Shown: positions 53,201 to 60,996 of the stretch, piece by piece
How positions within the stretch are numbered: position 1 is the stretch's first letter
How the letters are laid out: every line of letters starts with the position of its first letter
Assembly (NCBI GenBank): GCA_028822845.1
Contig: JAPKCS010000008.1
Span: 786-64,785 of the forward strand
DNA: 64,000 nt
Source: Candidatus Poseidoniaceae archaeon
Lineage (GTDB): Archaea; Thermoplasmatota; Poseidoniia; Poseidoniales; Poseidoniaceae
Reading direction: 5' to 3'
Program-made: the position numbers and the translations under genes
The notes under the pieces: model-generated
Told to the model about the DNA's origin: nothing
The model's database searches: none
What the model saw: the letters and a program-made list of their open reading frames with translations, nothing else

Positions 53201-54076
53201 ATGCATCGCTATTGCCCGAGTTGGAGCCGCACTCAACGAGACTTATTTTTCAAATGCCCAACCGCTTGGGCAATGACCTATGGCCTTCGGAATGAAGGTT
53301 CTCTTGGTGGGAAAAACACCTGCACCGCAACATGGGATTTGATGTTAAGATCGCTCAAAGCCACCGTGGTCGAACAACTTGATGCACTTCGTTCAGGTGT
53401 TGAATGGACTCAGTCTGTCGCTCGCATAGCTTTACGTCAGCGCCTCAAAGAAGCCTTAGCGGATCATCATCGAACAATCGAACACCCAAGGTTCGAAGCG
53501 CTGTTGCTTTTTGCCAACCATCGAATGCAATTGCTTTGGAGAAGTGATATCTTTGTCGAATTAACGCAAGGAAAACACACACAGTGGTCCGTTCTCAACC
53601 GTTTGGAATCTGAACGCGTCGAAGGGTTTGATCTGTTTGCTTCACCCGACGTCGTGTTTCGAATACAGACCAAATGGCATCTTGTACGGCTCGACATGCA
53701 AGCACGAAAAATGAATCAATCTGAACGACTTGAGGCATATGCCATGGTGCTGTGGTCAATGAACCGGGATGGTTTGCCCAGCGTTGCTGACCAGTTCCAC
53801 ATCCAAACCCTGGGTTGGCGCAAAGGGGGCTGGCGGGTCCATTCACTGGGCGTTAGCAGCGAAGAAGTGGCTGTTGCCCGAACCATGATTGAATCTGATG
53901 TCGCCGCCATGACCGCATGTGCAAATGCGGTACGCTACGCTCCGTTGAGCCTTCCACTTGCAGCCAATGAGTCGACGTGCACAACCTGCAGAATGAAACC
54001 AACATGCTTGGAAGAAAGCACCCTCGAAGAAAAAAAACGAGAACGCATCAGCGCTCTGACGCTTGAAATTCAGTGA
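53201..54076 (+). CDS. PD-(D/E)XK nuclease, Cas4/RecB-like with a 4Fe-4S cysteine signature
   Basis: An N-terminal Cys (FFKCPTAW) plus a C-terminal CTTCRMKPTC fits the Cas4/AddB pattern C...CxxCxxxxxC. A QxxxY-like motif (QSERLEAYAMVL) follows a putative nuclease core. The call rests on motifs only. Confidence 0.5.
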   Translation: MHRYCPSWSRTQRDLFFKCPTAWAMTYGLRNEGSLGGKNTCTATWDLMLRSLKATVVEQLDALRSGVEWTQSVARIALRQRLKEALADHHRTIEHPRFEALLLFANHRMQLLWRSDIFVELTQGKHTQWSVLNRLESERVEGFDLFASPDVVFRIQTKWHLVRLDMQARKMNQSERLEAYAMVLWSMNRDGLPSVADQFHIQTLGWRKGGWRVHSLGVSSEEVAVARTMIESDVAAMTACANAVRYAPLSLPLAANESTCTTCRMKPTCLEESTLEEKKRERISALTLEIQ

Positions 54077-54738
54077 AGCAGCGACACAAGATCGTCAAGC
54101 ACGGTTGCAACATCGCTGGCTTTGGTAACACCGCTGGCCAAGAGAACACCCTCGGCACCAAGTTGAATCGCAGTTGCCACATCTTGCCCGTTCTTGACAC
54201 CCGCACCGCACAGCACGCGCACATTCGGATTGGTGGCTTTTACCAGATCAACGGTATCGCTGACGATTGAAGGGTCGGCACTGGTCACCGATACATCTCC
54301 ACCGATCAATTGGGGGGGTTCCACTGCAATGAATGTTGGACCAAGGGCTGCGAGACTCTTTGCTTCCTCGAGGTTTGCAGCACAACCGCAAATTGGGAAT
54401 CCTTCAGGGAGCATGCCCATCAATGTTTCAACATGCTTCATCTCAACTTTATGCTCGGCATGATTGATGATGGTTCCTTGAGCACCGCGATGAATCGCTG
54501 TACCCGGCTCCATCCACCCCGTGAATCCTCCTTGGCCAACCGGGTCAAGGTGCTGGCACCAGACTTCAAGCGCTGGAGCAGCCTTGCGCACTGCTTGTAA
54601 ATCAAAGGCTGAAACGACCGCAACCATCCGAGCAGGACCGTTGCTGTGCTTTTCCATGGCCACTGCAAGGTGTTCTGCAGAGGAACCACTCGCTGTTGCG
54701 TATGTCTTGAAGTTGACAACAATCAGTGGTTTGGTCAT
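54070..54738 (-). CDS. tpiA: triosephosphate isomerase (archaeal short type)
   Basis: LIVVNFKTY, GTIINHAEHK and FIAVEPPQLIGG. The start was trimmed to the ATG at 54738 (MTKPLIV), giving 222 aa, the archaeal TIM length. Confidence 0.85.
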   Translation of the reverse strand: MTKPLIVVNFKTYATASGSSAEHLAVAMEKHSNGPARMVAVVSAFDLQAVRKAAPALEVWCQHLDPVGQGGFTGWMEPGTAIHRGAQGTIINHAEHKVEMKHVETLMGMLPEGFPICGCAANLEEAKSLAALGPTFIAVEPPQLIGGDVSVTSADPSIVSDTVDLVKATNPNVRVLCGAGVKNGQDVATAIQLGAEGVLLASGVTKASDVATVLDDLVSLLH

Positions 54739-54781
54739 ACCTCGCCCAGCGGCGAACACCATTTGACATCTTCCGTTCTGT

Positions 54782-55789
54782 CTAAGCAGATGGTTCGACT
54801 TTCGGCCATTGACCGCCAACTTGGGAGGTACCATCGGGCACCGTGCTGCCGTGATCGACAACAACCCCTTCCATCGAGACATTCGAACCAACCGTGGCCC
54901 CACGTCCAACCAGGCAATTACGCAAATGTGATTTGGAGCCGACATCAACGCCTGAAAGCAGCGTAGAACGCTCGATATGACAGCCTTGCAACTTCACATC
55001 GGCTTCGATCATGCATCCTTGCACGTGTGCAGTGTCAAACACCTTTGGTTTGGCATGCCAGCTGCCATCGACAACAGCGCCGGTGGAGAAACGCTTTTCT
55101 TCGATGCAGCGTAAAACGCCATCCATCCAAGCATCTGGAGTTCCAGCGTCGATGAAGTAACCTTCGAACTCTGTCCCATTGAGGAGGTTTGCCTCCGCCA
55201 ACTTAGGAAATACATCTCGTTCTATAGAATGGCGGCCTTTTGGCATCCAATCAAATATGTCATCTTCAAAGATGTAAGAACCTGCGTTAATCAAGTTGGA
55301 AAAGACTTCCTCAGGCTTTGGTTTCTCTTTGAATTGAGTGATTCGCTGATCCTCATTGACACCGACAATTCCGAACCTTGTAGGATCTTCGACTTCCCAG
55401 AGTGCCAAGGTACCCACACCGCCGTTTTTACGATGCAAATCAAGCATTGGTTCGATGCTTAACGAGGACACAATGTCACCGTTGAAGCAAGCAAAGGTTC
55501 CGCTGACAACATCTCGGCAATTTCCAAGCGCACCGCCTGTTCCAAGAGGTTCGGCTTCTGGAACGATTCGAACATCAAAATCGACGTCCTTTGAACGGAA
55601 GTAAGATTCGATCAAATCAACTTTGTAGCCACCAGCAACGATCACTTCGTCGACCATGCCAACAGGGACCGCTTCAACCACGCGTTCCAACAATGTCAGG
55701 TCCAGCATAGGCAACAGAGGTTTGGGTATGCCAGCGGTCCATGGCCGGAGCCGAGAGCCGATTCCGCCTGCGAGGACCACAACTTGCAT
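54782..55789 (-). CDS. sugar-1-phosphate nucleotidyltransferase with a C-terminal left-handed beta-helix
   Basis: N-terminal [25 protein letters not shown] (NTP_transferase G-loop). Hexapeptide-like repeats occur in the last ~100 aa. Confidence 0.8.
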   Translation of the reverse strand: MQVVVLAGGIGSRLRPWTAGIPKPLLPMLDLTLLERVVEAVPVGMVDEVIVAGGYKVDLIESYFRSKDVDFDVRIVPEAEPLGTGGALGNCRDVVSGTFACFNGDIVSSLSIEPMLDLHRKNGGVGTLALWEVEDPTRFGIVGVNEDQRITQFKEKPKPEEVFSNLINAGSYIFEDDIFDWMPKGRHSIERDVFPKLAEANLLNGTEFEGYFIDAGTPDAWMDGVLRCIEEKRFSTGAVVDGSWHAKPKVFDTAHVQGCMIEADVKLQGCHIERSTLLSGVDVGSKSHLRNCLVGRGATVGSNVSMEGVVVDHGSTVPDGTSQVGGQWPKVEPSA

Positions 55790-55927
55790 GGTACCGCCAA
55801 CGAATGCCTACCTATCAATAAATCTCTTCTTGTCCATGCAACTGACCCTTCGCTTTGCTTCAAAACCTCTAACGAGGTGAACAAAGTGTTCAAAGACGGT
55901 GTTTCAGTGGGAGGTTTGGAGAGACCC

Positions 55928-57136
55928 ATGAACATCCACGAATACCAAGGAAAAATGTTGCTACGAGCTGCGGGTGTTACCGTGCTTGAAGGCGTCCACT
56001 GCACCACTGTTGAACAAGCATTGAGCGCTTATGATAAACTTGGCAGCAAAGTTGTCGCTGTCAAATCTCAGATCCACGCTGGTGGCCGAGGCAAAGGCAC
56101 CGTCATGAACCCCGCAACACGGGATGTTGTGATGGAAGGCGGCGTGAAGATTGCCTTCTCGAGGGAAGAAGTCGACACATACTCCACCAACATCCTCGGG
56201 AACCTTCTCGTAACGATTCAAACCGGAGATGAGGGGAAACTTGTCAAAAACCTCTACATCGAGGCTGGCTGTGACATCGCACACGAATACTACCTCGCTT
56301 TGCTCGTTGACCGGGACAACAAATCAGTCCTGATCATGGCTTCCACTGAAGGCGGAATGGACATTGAAGAAGTGGCTGAACACACACCAGAATTAATTCA
56401 CAAGGTAACCGTTGATGCTAACAGCGGCCTTCTTGGTTTCCAGAAGCGAGACCTCGGCATGGCGCTTGGCTTGAGCGGTTCTGCTCTGAAATCCTTTGGA
56501 AAGATGCTTTCATCCATGTACACAATGTTCTGTAACGAAGATTGCGCCATGGTCGAAATCAACCCACTTGTCCGAACAGGTGCCGATGAAATTGTCGCTT
56601 TGGACGCAAAGATTTCCTTTGATGAGAATGCTGAATTCCGTCACAAGAACTGGGATGACCTCCGGGACCTCTCAGAAGAAGAAGACACCGAAATCCGTGC
56701 AAAGGAAACCGGTTTGTCTTACGTCAAACTCGATGGAAACATCGGGTGTTTGGTCAACGGAGCCGGTTTGGCAATGGCGACCATGGACGTCATCAAACTC
56801 TACGGTGGCGAACCTGCAAACTTCCTCGACGTCGGCGGTGGCGCTGATGAGGAACAAGTCAAAACTGCGTTCTCAATCATCCTTGAAGATCCAAACGTCA
56901 AGGGTATTCTTGTCAACATCTTCGGTGGAATCATGCGCTGTGACATCATTGCACGAGGCGTGATCGCTGCAACTGAGGCTTTGTCGCTCCAGGTACCCCT
57001 CGTGGTACGATTGGCTGGAACAAACGTCGATGAAGGCAAGGCAATCCTTGCGGCATCGACCCTTAACATCCATTCTGCTGACGATTTAGCAGAAGGTGCT
57101 CAAAAGATTGTAGCACTTATTGGAGGTGAACAGTAA
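55928..57136 (+). CDS. sucC: succinyl-CoA synthetase beta subunit
   Basis: [17 protein letters not shown], the ATP-grasp domain and [18 protein letters not shown]. The start was trimmed to 55928. Confidence 0.9.
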   Translation: MNIHEYQGKMLLRAAGVTVLEGVHCTTVEQALSAYDKLGSKVVAVKSQIHAGGRGKGTVMNPATRDVVMEGGVKIAFSREEVDTYSTNILGNLLVTIQTGDEGKLVKNLYIEAGCDIAHEYYLALLVDRDNKSVLIMASTEGGMDIEEVAEHTPELIHKVTVDANSGLLGFQKRDLGMALGLSGSALKSFGKMLSSMYTMFCNEDCAMVEINPLVRTGADEIVALDAKISFDENAEFRHKNWDDLRDLSEEEDTEIRAKETGLSYVKLDGNIGCLVNGAGLAMATMDVIKLYGGEPANFLDVGGGADEEQVKTAFSIILEDPNVKGILVNIFGGIMRCDIIARGVIAATEALSLQVPLVVRLAGTNVDEGKAILAASTLNIHSADDLAEGAQKIVALIGGEQ

Positions 57137-58059
57137 TGGCGATTTGGATTGAAGAAGACGCAAAGGTGCTCGTTCAAGGCATCACTGGAAAGCAAGGCAT
57201 GTTCCATGCTGATAAAATGGTTGAATACGGCACCAACATCGTCGGTGGCTGCACGCCTGGAAAGGGTGGTCAAACGGTTGATTTGCAAGGCATGGACTTC
57301 CCGGTGTGGGACAGCATGACCGAAGCAATCATCGCAACTGATGCTGATGCCACCGTTATCTACGTGCCACCACCGTTTGCTGCTGAAGCAATCATGGAAG
57401 CCGCTGACGCATTTGATTCGATCAAAGGCGAAGGTGTCGTGGTTTGCATCACTGAAGGTATCCCAACCCTTGACATGGTCAAGGCAGTTGCTTACGTCAA
57501 CAACCGCCCAGGTGTTCGTCTCATCGGACCAAACTGCCCTGGAATCATCACTCCTGGTGACACAGGTGGAGCAAAGATCGGTATCATGCCAGGACATATC
57601 CACGCCAAGGGACGCATTGGTATCGTTTCGAAGTCGGGTACCTTAACCTACGAAGCTGTTGCTCAAACCATGAGCATCAATGAAGGACAATCCACCTGCA
57701 TTGGTATCGGTGGCGATCCAGTCAATGGAACTGGATTCATCGAATGCCTCGCTGCGTTCGAAAAAGATCCTCACACAGAGGCGATCATTATGATTGGCGA
57801 AATCGGAGGAAACGCTGAGCAAGAAGCTGCGGCGTGGGCTGCGACCAATGTCACAAAACCAATCGTTGGTTTCGTGGCAGGAGCAACCGCACCACCAGGA
57901 AAGCGAATGGGCCACGCTGGCGCAATCATCTCCGGTGGGAAAGGCACGGCAGAAGAGAAATTCGAAGCATTCCGAGCGGCTGGCATTGCATGTGCAATGG
58001 ACCCGTCTGAACTTGGTAAGGTGCTCTTGGAATCACTCAAGTCTGCTGGCTTGCGATGA
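57136..58059 (+). CDS. sucD: succinyl-CoA synthetase alpha subunit
   Basis: [23 protein letters not shown] and the phosphohistidine loop MGHAGAII. Its start overlaps the sucC stop. Confidence 0.95.
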   Translation: MAIWIEEDAKVLVQGITGKQGMFHADKMVEYGTNIVGGCTPGKGGQTVDLQGMDFPVWDSMTEAIIATDADATVIYVPPPFAAEAIMEAADAFDSIKGEGVVVCITEGIPTLDMVKAVAYVNNRPGVRLIGPNCPGIITPGDTGGAKIGIMPGHIHAKGRIGIVSKSGTLTYEAVAQTMSINEGQSTCIGIGGDPVNGTGFIECLAAFEKDPHTEAIIMIGEIGGNAEQEAAAWAATNVTKPIVGFVAGATAPPGKRMGHAGAIISGGKGTAEEKFEAFRAAGIACAMDPSELGKVLLESLKSAGLR

Positions 58060-58089
58060 AGCCAATAACCTGCACTCAAAAGGTGAAGC

Positions 58090-59385
58090 ATGCGCACCGT
58101 GCGGACCTTCGATACCGAAGTTCTGCTGGCACACCATCAGGACGCTCCACCTTTGGATTTGAGTTGGCTCTCAAAACCTTCTCGCCACCAATTCCGCTGG
58201 CGCTGCACCCGCAACAGATGGCACACTTCGAGGCGACAGATCCGCAGTGGAGAAGTGTTGTCGAAGAACACCAAACGAAACACACCGCGGGACATGTATG
58301 TCTCGACAAGTGCGTGGCTCAATCCGGTCAGTCTACCGAAAATCAAGGACACAAAAGTTCCGCACCCCGTGATGATTGACCACTTGATCGTGTTTGATAT
58401 CGACATCCCACCTTTCTCTCGCACAACCATGGAGCGAGCAAGGCAAGCCACGGTCAACCTCCTCGATTGGATTGAAAGCCGTTATGATTTTGAACGCGTG
58501 CACATTGTTTTTTCAGGCAGCAAAGGATTCCATTTGGTCTATCGAGAGAAAGACCGCACAATGTTCGGCATCCCAGACCCTCGCAAACGAGAGCATGCCG
58601 TGCGTGAAGCGCGCAAAACCTTGCTCAAAGAAGTCATGGATGCCGGCCATCCTGTCGATTCTGGGATCACTGCTGACACACGTCGTATCATTCGACTGCC
58701 GGGGTCAATACATGGATCTACGGGCTGGTATTGTTCAACTGTGACAGAAGATCGCCTCCGGAAACCCTTCAAAAAATGGATGAAAGAAATACCACGCCAT
58801 GCACAAGCCATCAAAATGCCACGAAAAGGCAAAAAGAAATCAATCCAAAAGAGACAGAAAACGAGGGATGATGTTGACCCCCCGAGCTTTGCATCAATCG
58901 AATTAAGCACCCATGTCCCAGGGACAAAAGACCGCAACGCAGTGGTTGCCTGGTTGCCACGTTCATGGGGTTCAATTGAGAAAACAGTGGACAAGGCAGG
59001 GTCGATGATCAAAGAGGAAGCACTTGGCCCGGCGCTGTTTTGGACTGATGGTGAAGCGGTGTTGATGATGCTCCCCCGGGCCTTCCCTCGGCAACAAGCG
59101 AGCAAAATAAACCGCCGACTCGGACTGCTTCGAACGGCATTGGCCCTTGAAGCAAACGATCACAACTGGGTGCGTGCATCACCTCGACGATGGGAAGACA
59201 CGGGTTGGGAAAGCGATTTTGAACCAGTTGGGATTTTGGCCCAAGAAAACGAAAGTGAGCACCACTCCCCTTGGTCAAAGGCCCATATTGAAATGGCAAG
59301 GCGCCTCAATCAACCGCTGGACATCGGAAATCAAGCCTCCTCTGGAACCGAAGAACCCTCAATCCGTATCGTCACCAGAAAGTGA
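58090..59385 (+). CDS. archaeo-eukaryotic primase (AEP) superfamily protein, PriS-like catalytic core with an uncharacterised C-terminal half
   Basis: AEP motifs appear in order: I LIVFDIDI, II FSGSKGFHLVY, III DSGITADTRRIIRLPGSIHGSTG. No Cys/His zinc knuckle lies between motifs I and II. A Lys-rich linker and ~190 aa of unknown sequence follow. Confidence 0.65.
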   Translation: MRTVRTFDTEVLLAHHQDAPPLDLSWLSKPSRHQFRWRCTRNRWHTSRRQIRSGEVLSKNTKRNTPRDMYVSTSAWLNPVSLPKIKDTKVPHPVMIDHLIVFDIDIPPFSRTTMERARQATVNLLDWIESRYDFERVHIVFSGSKGFHLVYREKDRTMFGIPDPRKREHAVREARKTLLKEVMDAGHPVDSGITADTRRIIRLPGSIHGSTGWYCSTVTEDRLRKPFKKWMKEIPRHAQAIKMPRKGKKKSIQKRQKTRDDVDPPSFASIELSTHVPGTKDRNAVVAWLPRSWGSIEKTVDKAGSMIKEEALGPALFWTDGEAVLMMLPRAFPRQQASKINRRLGLLRTALALEANDHNWVRASPRRWEDTGWESDFEPVGILAQENESEHHSPWSKAHIEMARRLNQPLDIGNQASSGTEEPSIRIVTRK

Positions 59386-59401
59386 CTGGTGAAGATTATA
59401 T

Positions 59402-59426
59402 GCTTGGGTCTCAAGCATTCTTTGTT
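59402..59426 (+). terminator. hairpin plus T-rich tract after the AEP gene
   Basis: GCUUG-GGUCU-CAAGC is followed by AUUCUUUGUU, 17 nt after the stop codon. Confidence 0.3.
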
Positions 59427-59662
59427 CCCGAGAGAGCCGAAAGGCGATGACCAAACATCGTAGATGACCAGAACTTACACCGGACCGTGGCGCATGGGAA
59501 CAGCGCCACGTCCAATCTCAACTCCCATTTTAGCAACCTATGGTCACCCATATGGCTGAAAGATTATGTGCTAAGGACTCAACATCTGAGCATGGTTCTT
59601 TTCCAGTGGGCAACACTTCAGCCTCACCCGCCTCTTGAAATGAACAACAGTGAGGGGATTGA

Positions 59663-60994
59663 ATGAACGTCTATGGCGTGATTTTGGTCCTCATTTTCGG
59701 AGGTGCTTCCGGTGTTTTTGGAATTCTTGCCATGATGGACGATGTCACTTCCATGACGACTTCTGGAACGGTCCTTGAAGGCACAGAATGGTACGAATCC
59801 GAGGGAAGCAGAGAAGAATGTGCTGAAATGGGATATTATTATGACGAATACGGCGATGAGTATGAAGAATGTGATCGCTATAGAACGATTACTTACTTTA
59901 AGTGCCATTCAGATGTTGATTTTACTTATGCGCTCGCAGATGATCAAAGTGGCTTCCTTTACGACGGACAAGATCGAGTGACTTGGGATGAAAGCCAAAG
60001 TTCATGTTTGAGCCAGATTCAAGACACCTATGCCGTCAACAAATCTGTTTCAGTTTACTACCTTTCAGATGCTCCAGAAGATGGCAAATTGTCCCAACAA
60101 TTCCCCCCAGGCGCCTTGTACGTGTGTTGTTCGCTCTGCTTTGGACTGCTGACCATTCCTGCAATGATCTTGATCTTCACCAACAGGTCTGAGAATGTCA
60201 ACATCAAAACCGGTGGATTCATGGGGAAGTTAAGGCCAAAACGCATTCCACTCTCAAATCCAACACAGCAGACGATGAGCAATCAAGGCCAACCAAATTA
60301 TTCACAAGCAAATCCACAGATGCCACAGTCAAGCAGCACCATTCAGACAAGCAGTGGTGGAGGAGCGTTTGGCGCAGGTGGCATGATGGTCGTACCCCTG
60401 GCCGGCGGAGCTGCAAACCCAACACCATCGAATCAACAACCCTCACAGGTCCAGCAAAGCCGAGTCCGAAGTCAATCAAACGGAACACAATCGAGCAATT
60501 GGAGGGCACCTTCTCGAATCGCAGGATACCAACGTGTTTTGTCAAAAATGAACATGGGTTCCGGCCAGTTTGGCTCTGCCCAGGAATATGAACAAATCCT
60601 TCAAAACTCAGGAATGATGGATCGATCAATGGCGTCAGGATTCATGTCAAATCCGTTTGTTCTTCAAACTCTTGGCATTGCCGCTGTGGCAGGTGGAGCA
60701 ACCGCAGCTATGAGTTCCGCCTCACAAGCACAAACAAGTCTCCGACCAGCACAATCAGGCGACGCCCGATTGAAGAGCATGCAAAAGGAAGCGGAGGACT
60801 TTTTCAAATCCTCAAAACCAAAGGTCAACACCGCAACAAGCCGCCCCGTTGCCAAGGGTGAACCAAATCAATGCGCGCACAACAACTGCACAACAAGAGT
60901 CTCATCCTTTGATTTCCGTTGTTTTGATTGCCGCAGAAGATACTGCACTGCGCATAAAGGTACAACCTTTCAGTGCGAAGAATGCGCTAACTAG
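59663..60994 (+). CDS. membrane-anchored protein with a Q/S/G-rich low-complexity region and a C-terminal AN1-type zinc finger
   Basis: It has an N-terminal TM, a DUF3592-like beta region, a second TM and a long low-complexity tract. The C-terminus CAHNNC...CFDCRRRYCTAHKGTTFQCEEC fits the AN1 spacing C-x2-C-x10-C-x2-C-x4-C-x2-H. Confidence 0.55.
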   Translation: MNVYGVILVLIFGGASGVFGILAMMDDVTSMTTSGTVLEGTEWYESEGSREECAEMGYYYDEYGDEYEECDRYRTITYFKCHSDVDFTYALADDQSGFLYDGQDRVTWDESQSSCLSQIQDTYAVNKSVSVYYLSDAPEDGKLSQQFPPGALYVCCSLCFGLLTIPAMILIFTNRSENVNIKTGGFMGKLRPKRIPLSNPTQQTMSNQGQPNYSQANPQMPQSSSTIQTSSGGGAFGAGGMMVVPLAGGAANPTPSNQQPSQVQQSRVRSQSNGTQSSNWRAPSRIAGYQRVLSKMNMGSGQFGSAQEYEQILQNSGMMDRSMASGFMSNPFVLQTLGIAAVAGGATAAMSSASQAQTSLRPAQSGDARLKSMQKEAEDFFKSSKPKVNTATSRPVAKGEPNQCAHNNCTTRVSSFDFRCFDCRRRYCTAHKGTTFQCEECAN

Positions 60995-60996
60995 GC

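Noticed and set aside
59440-59475. Duplicated GATGACCA considered as C/C' boxes of a C/D-box sRNA.
   Set aside because: No CUGA D/D' boxes lie at the required ~12-nt spacing, and the elements are only 9 nt apart. The layout does not fit a C/D sRNA.
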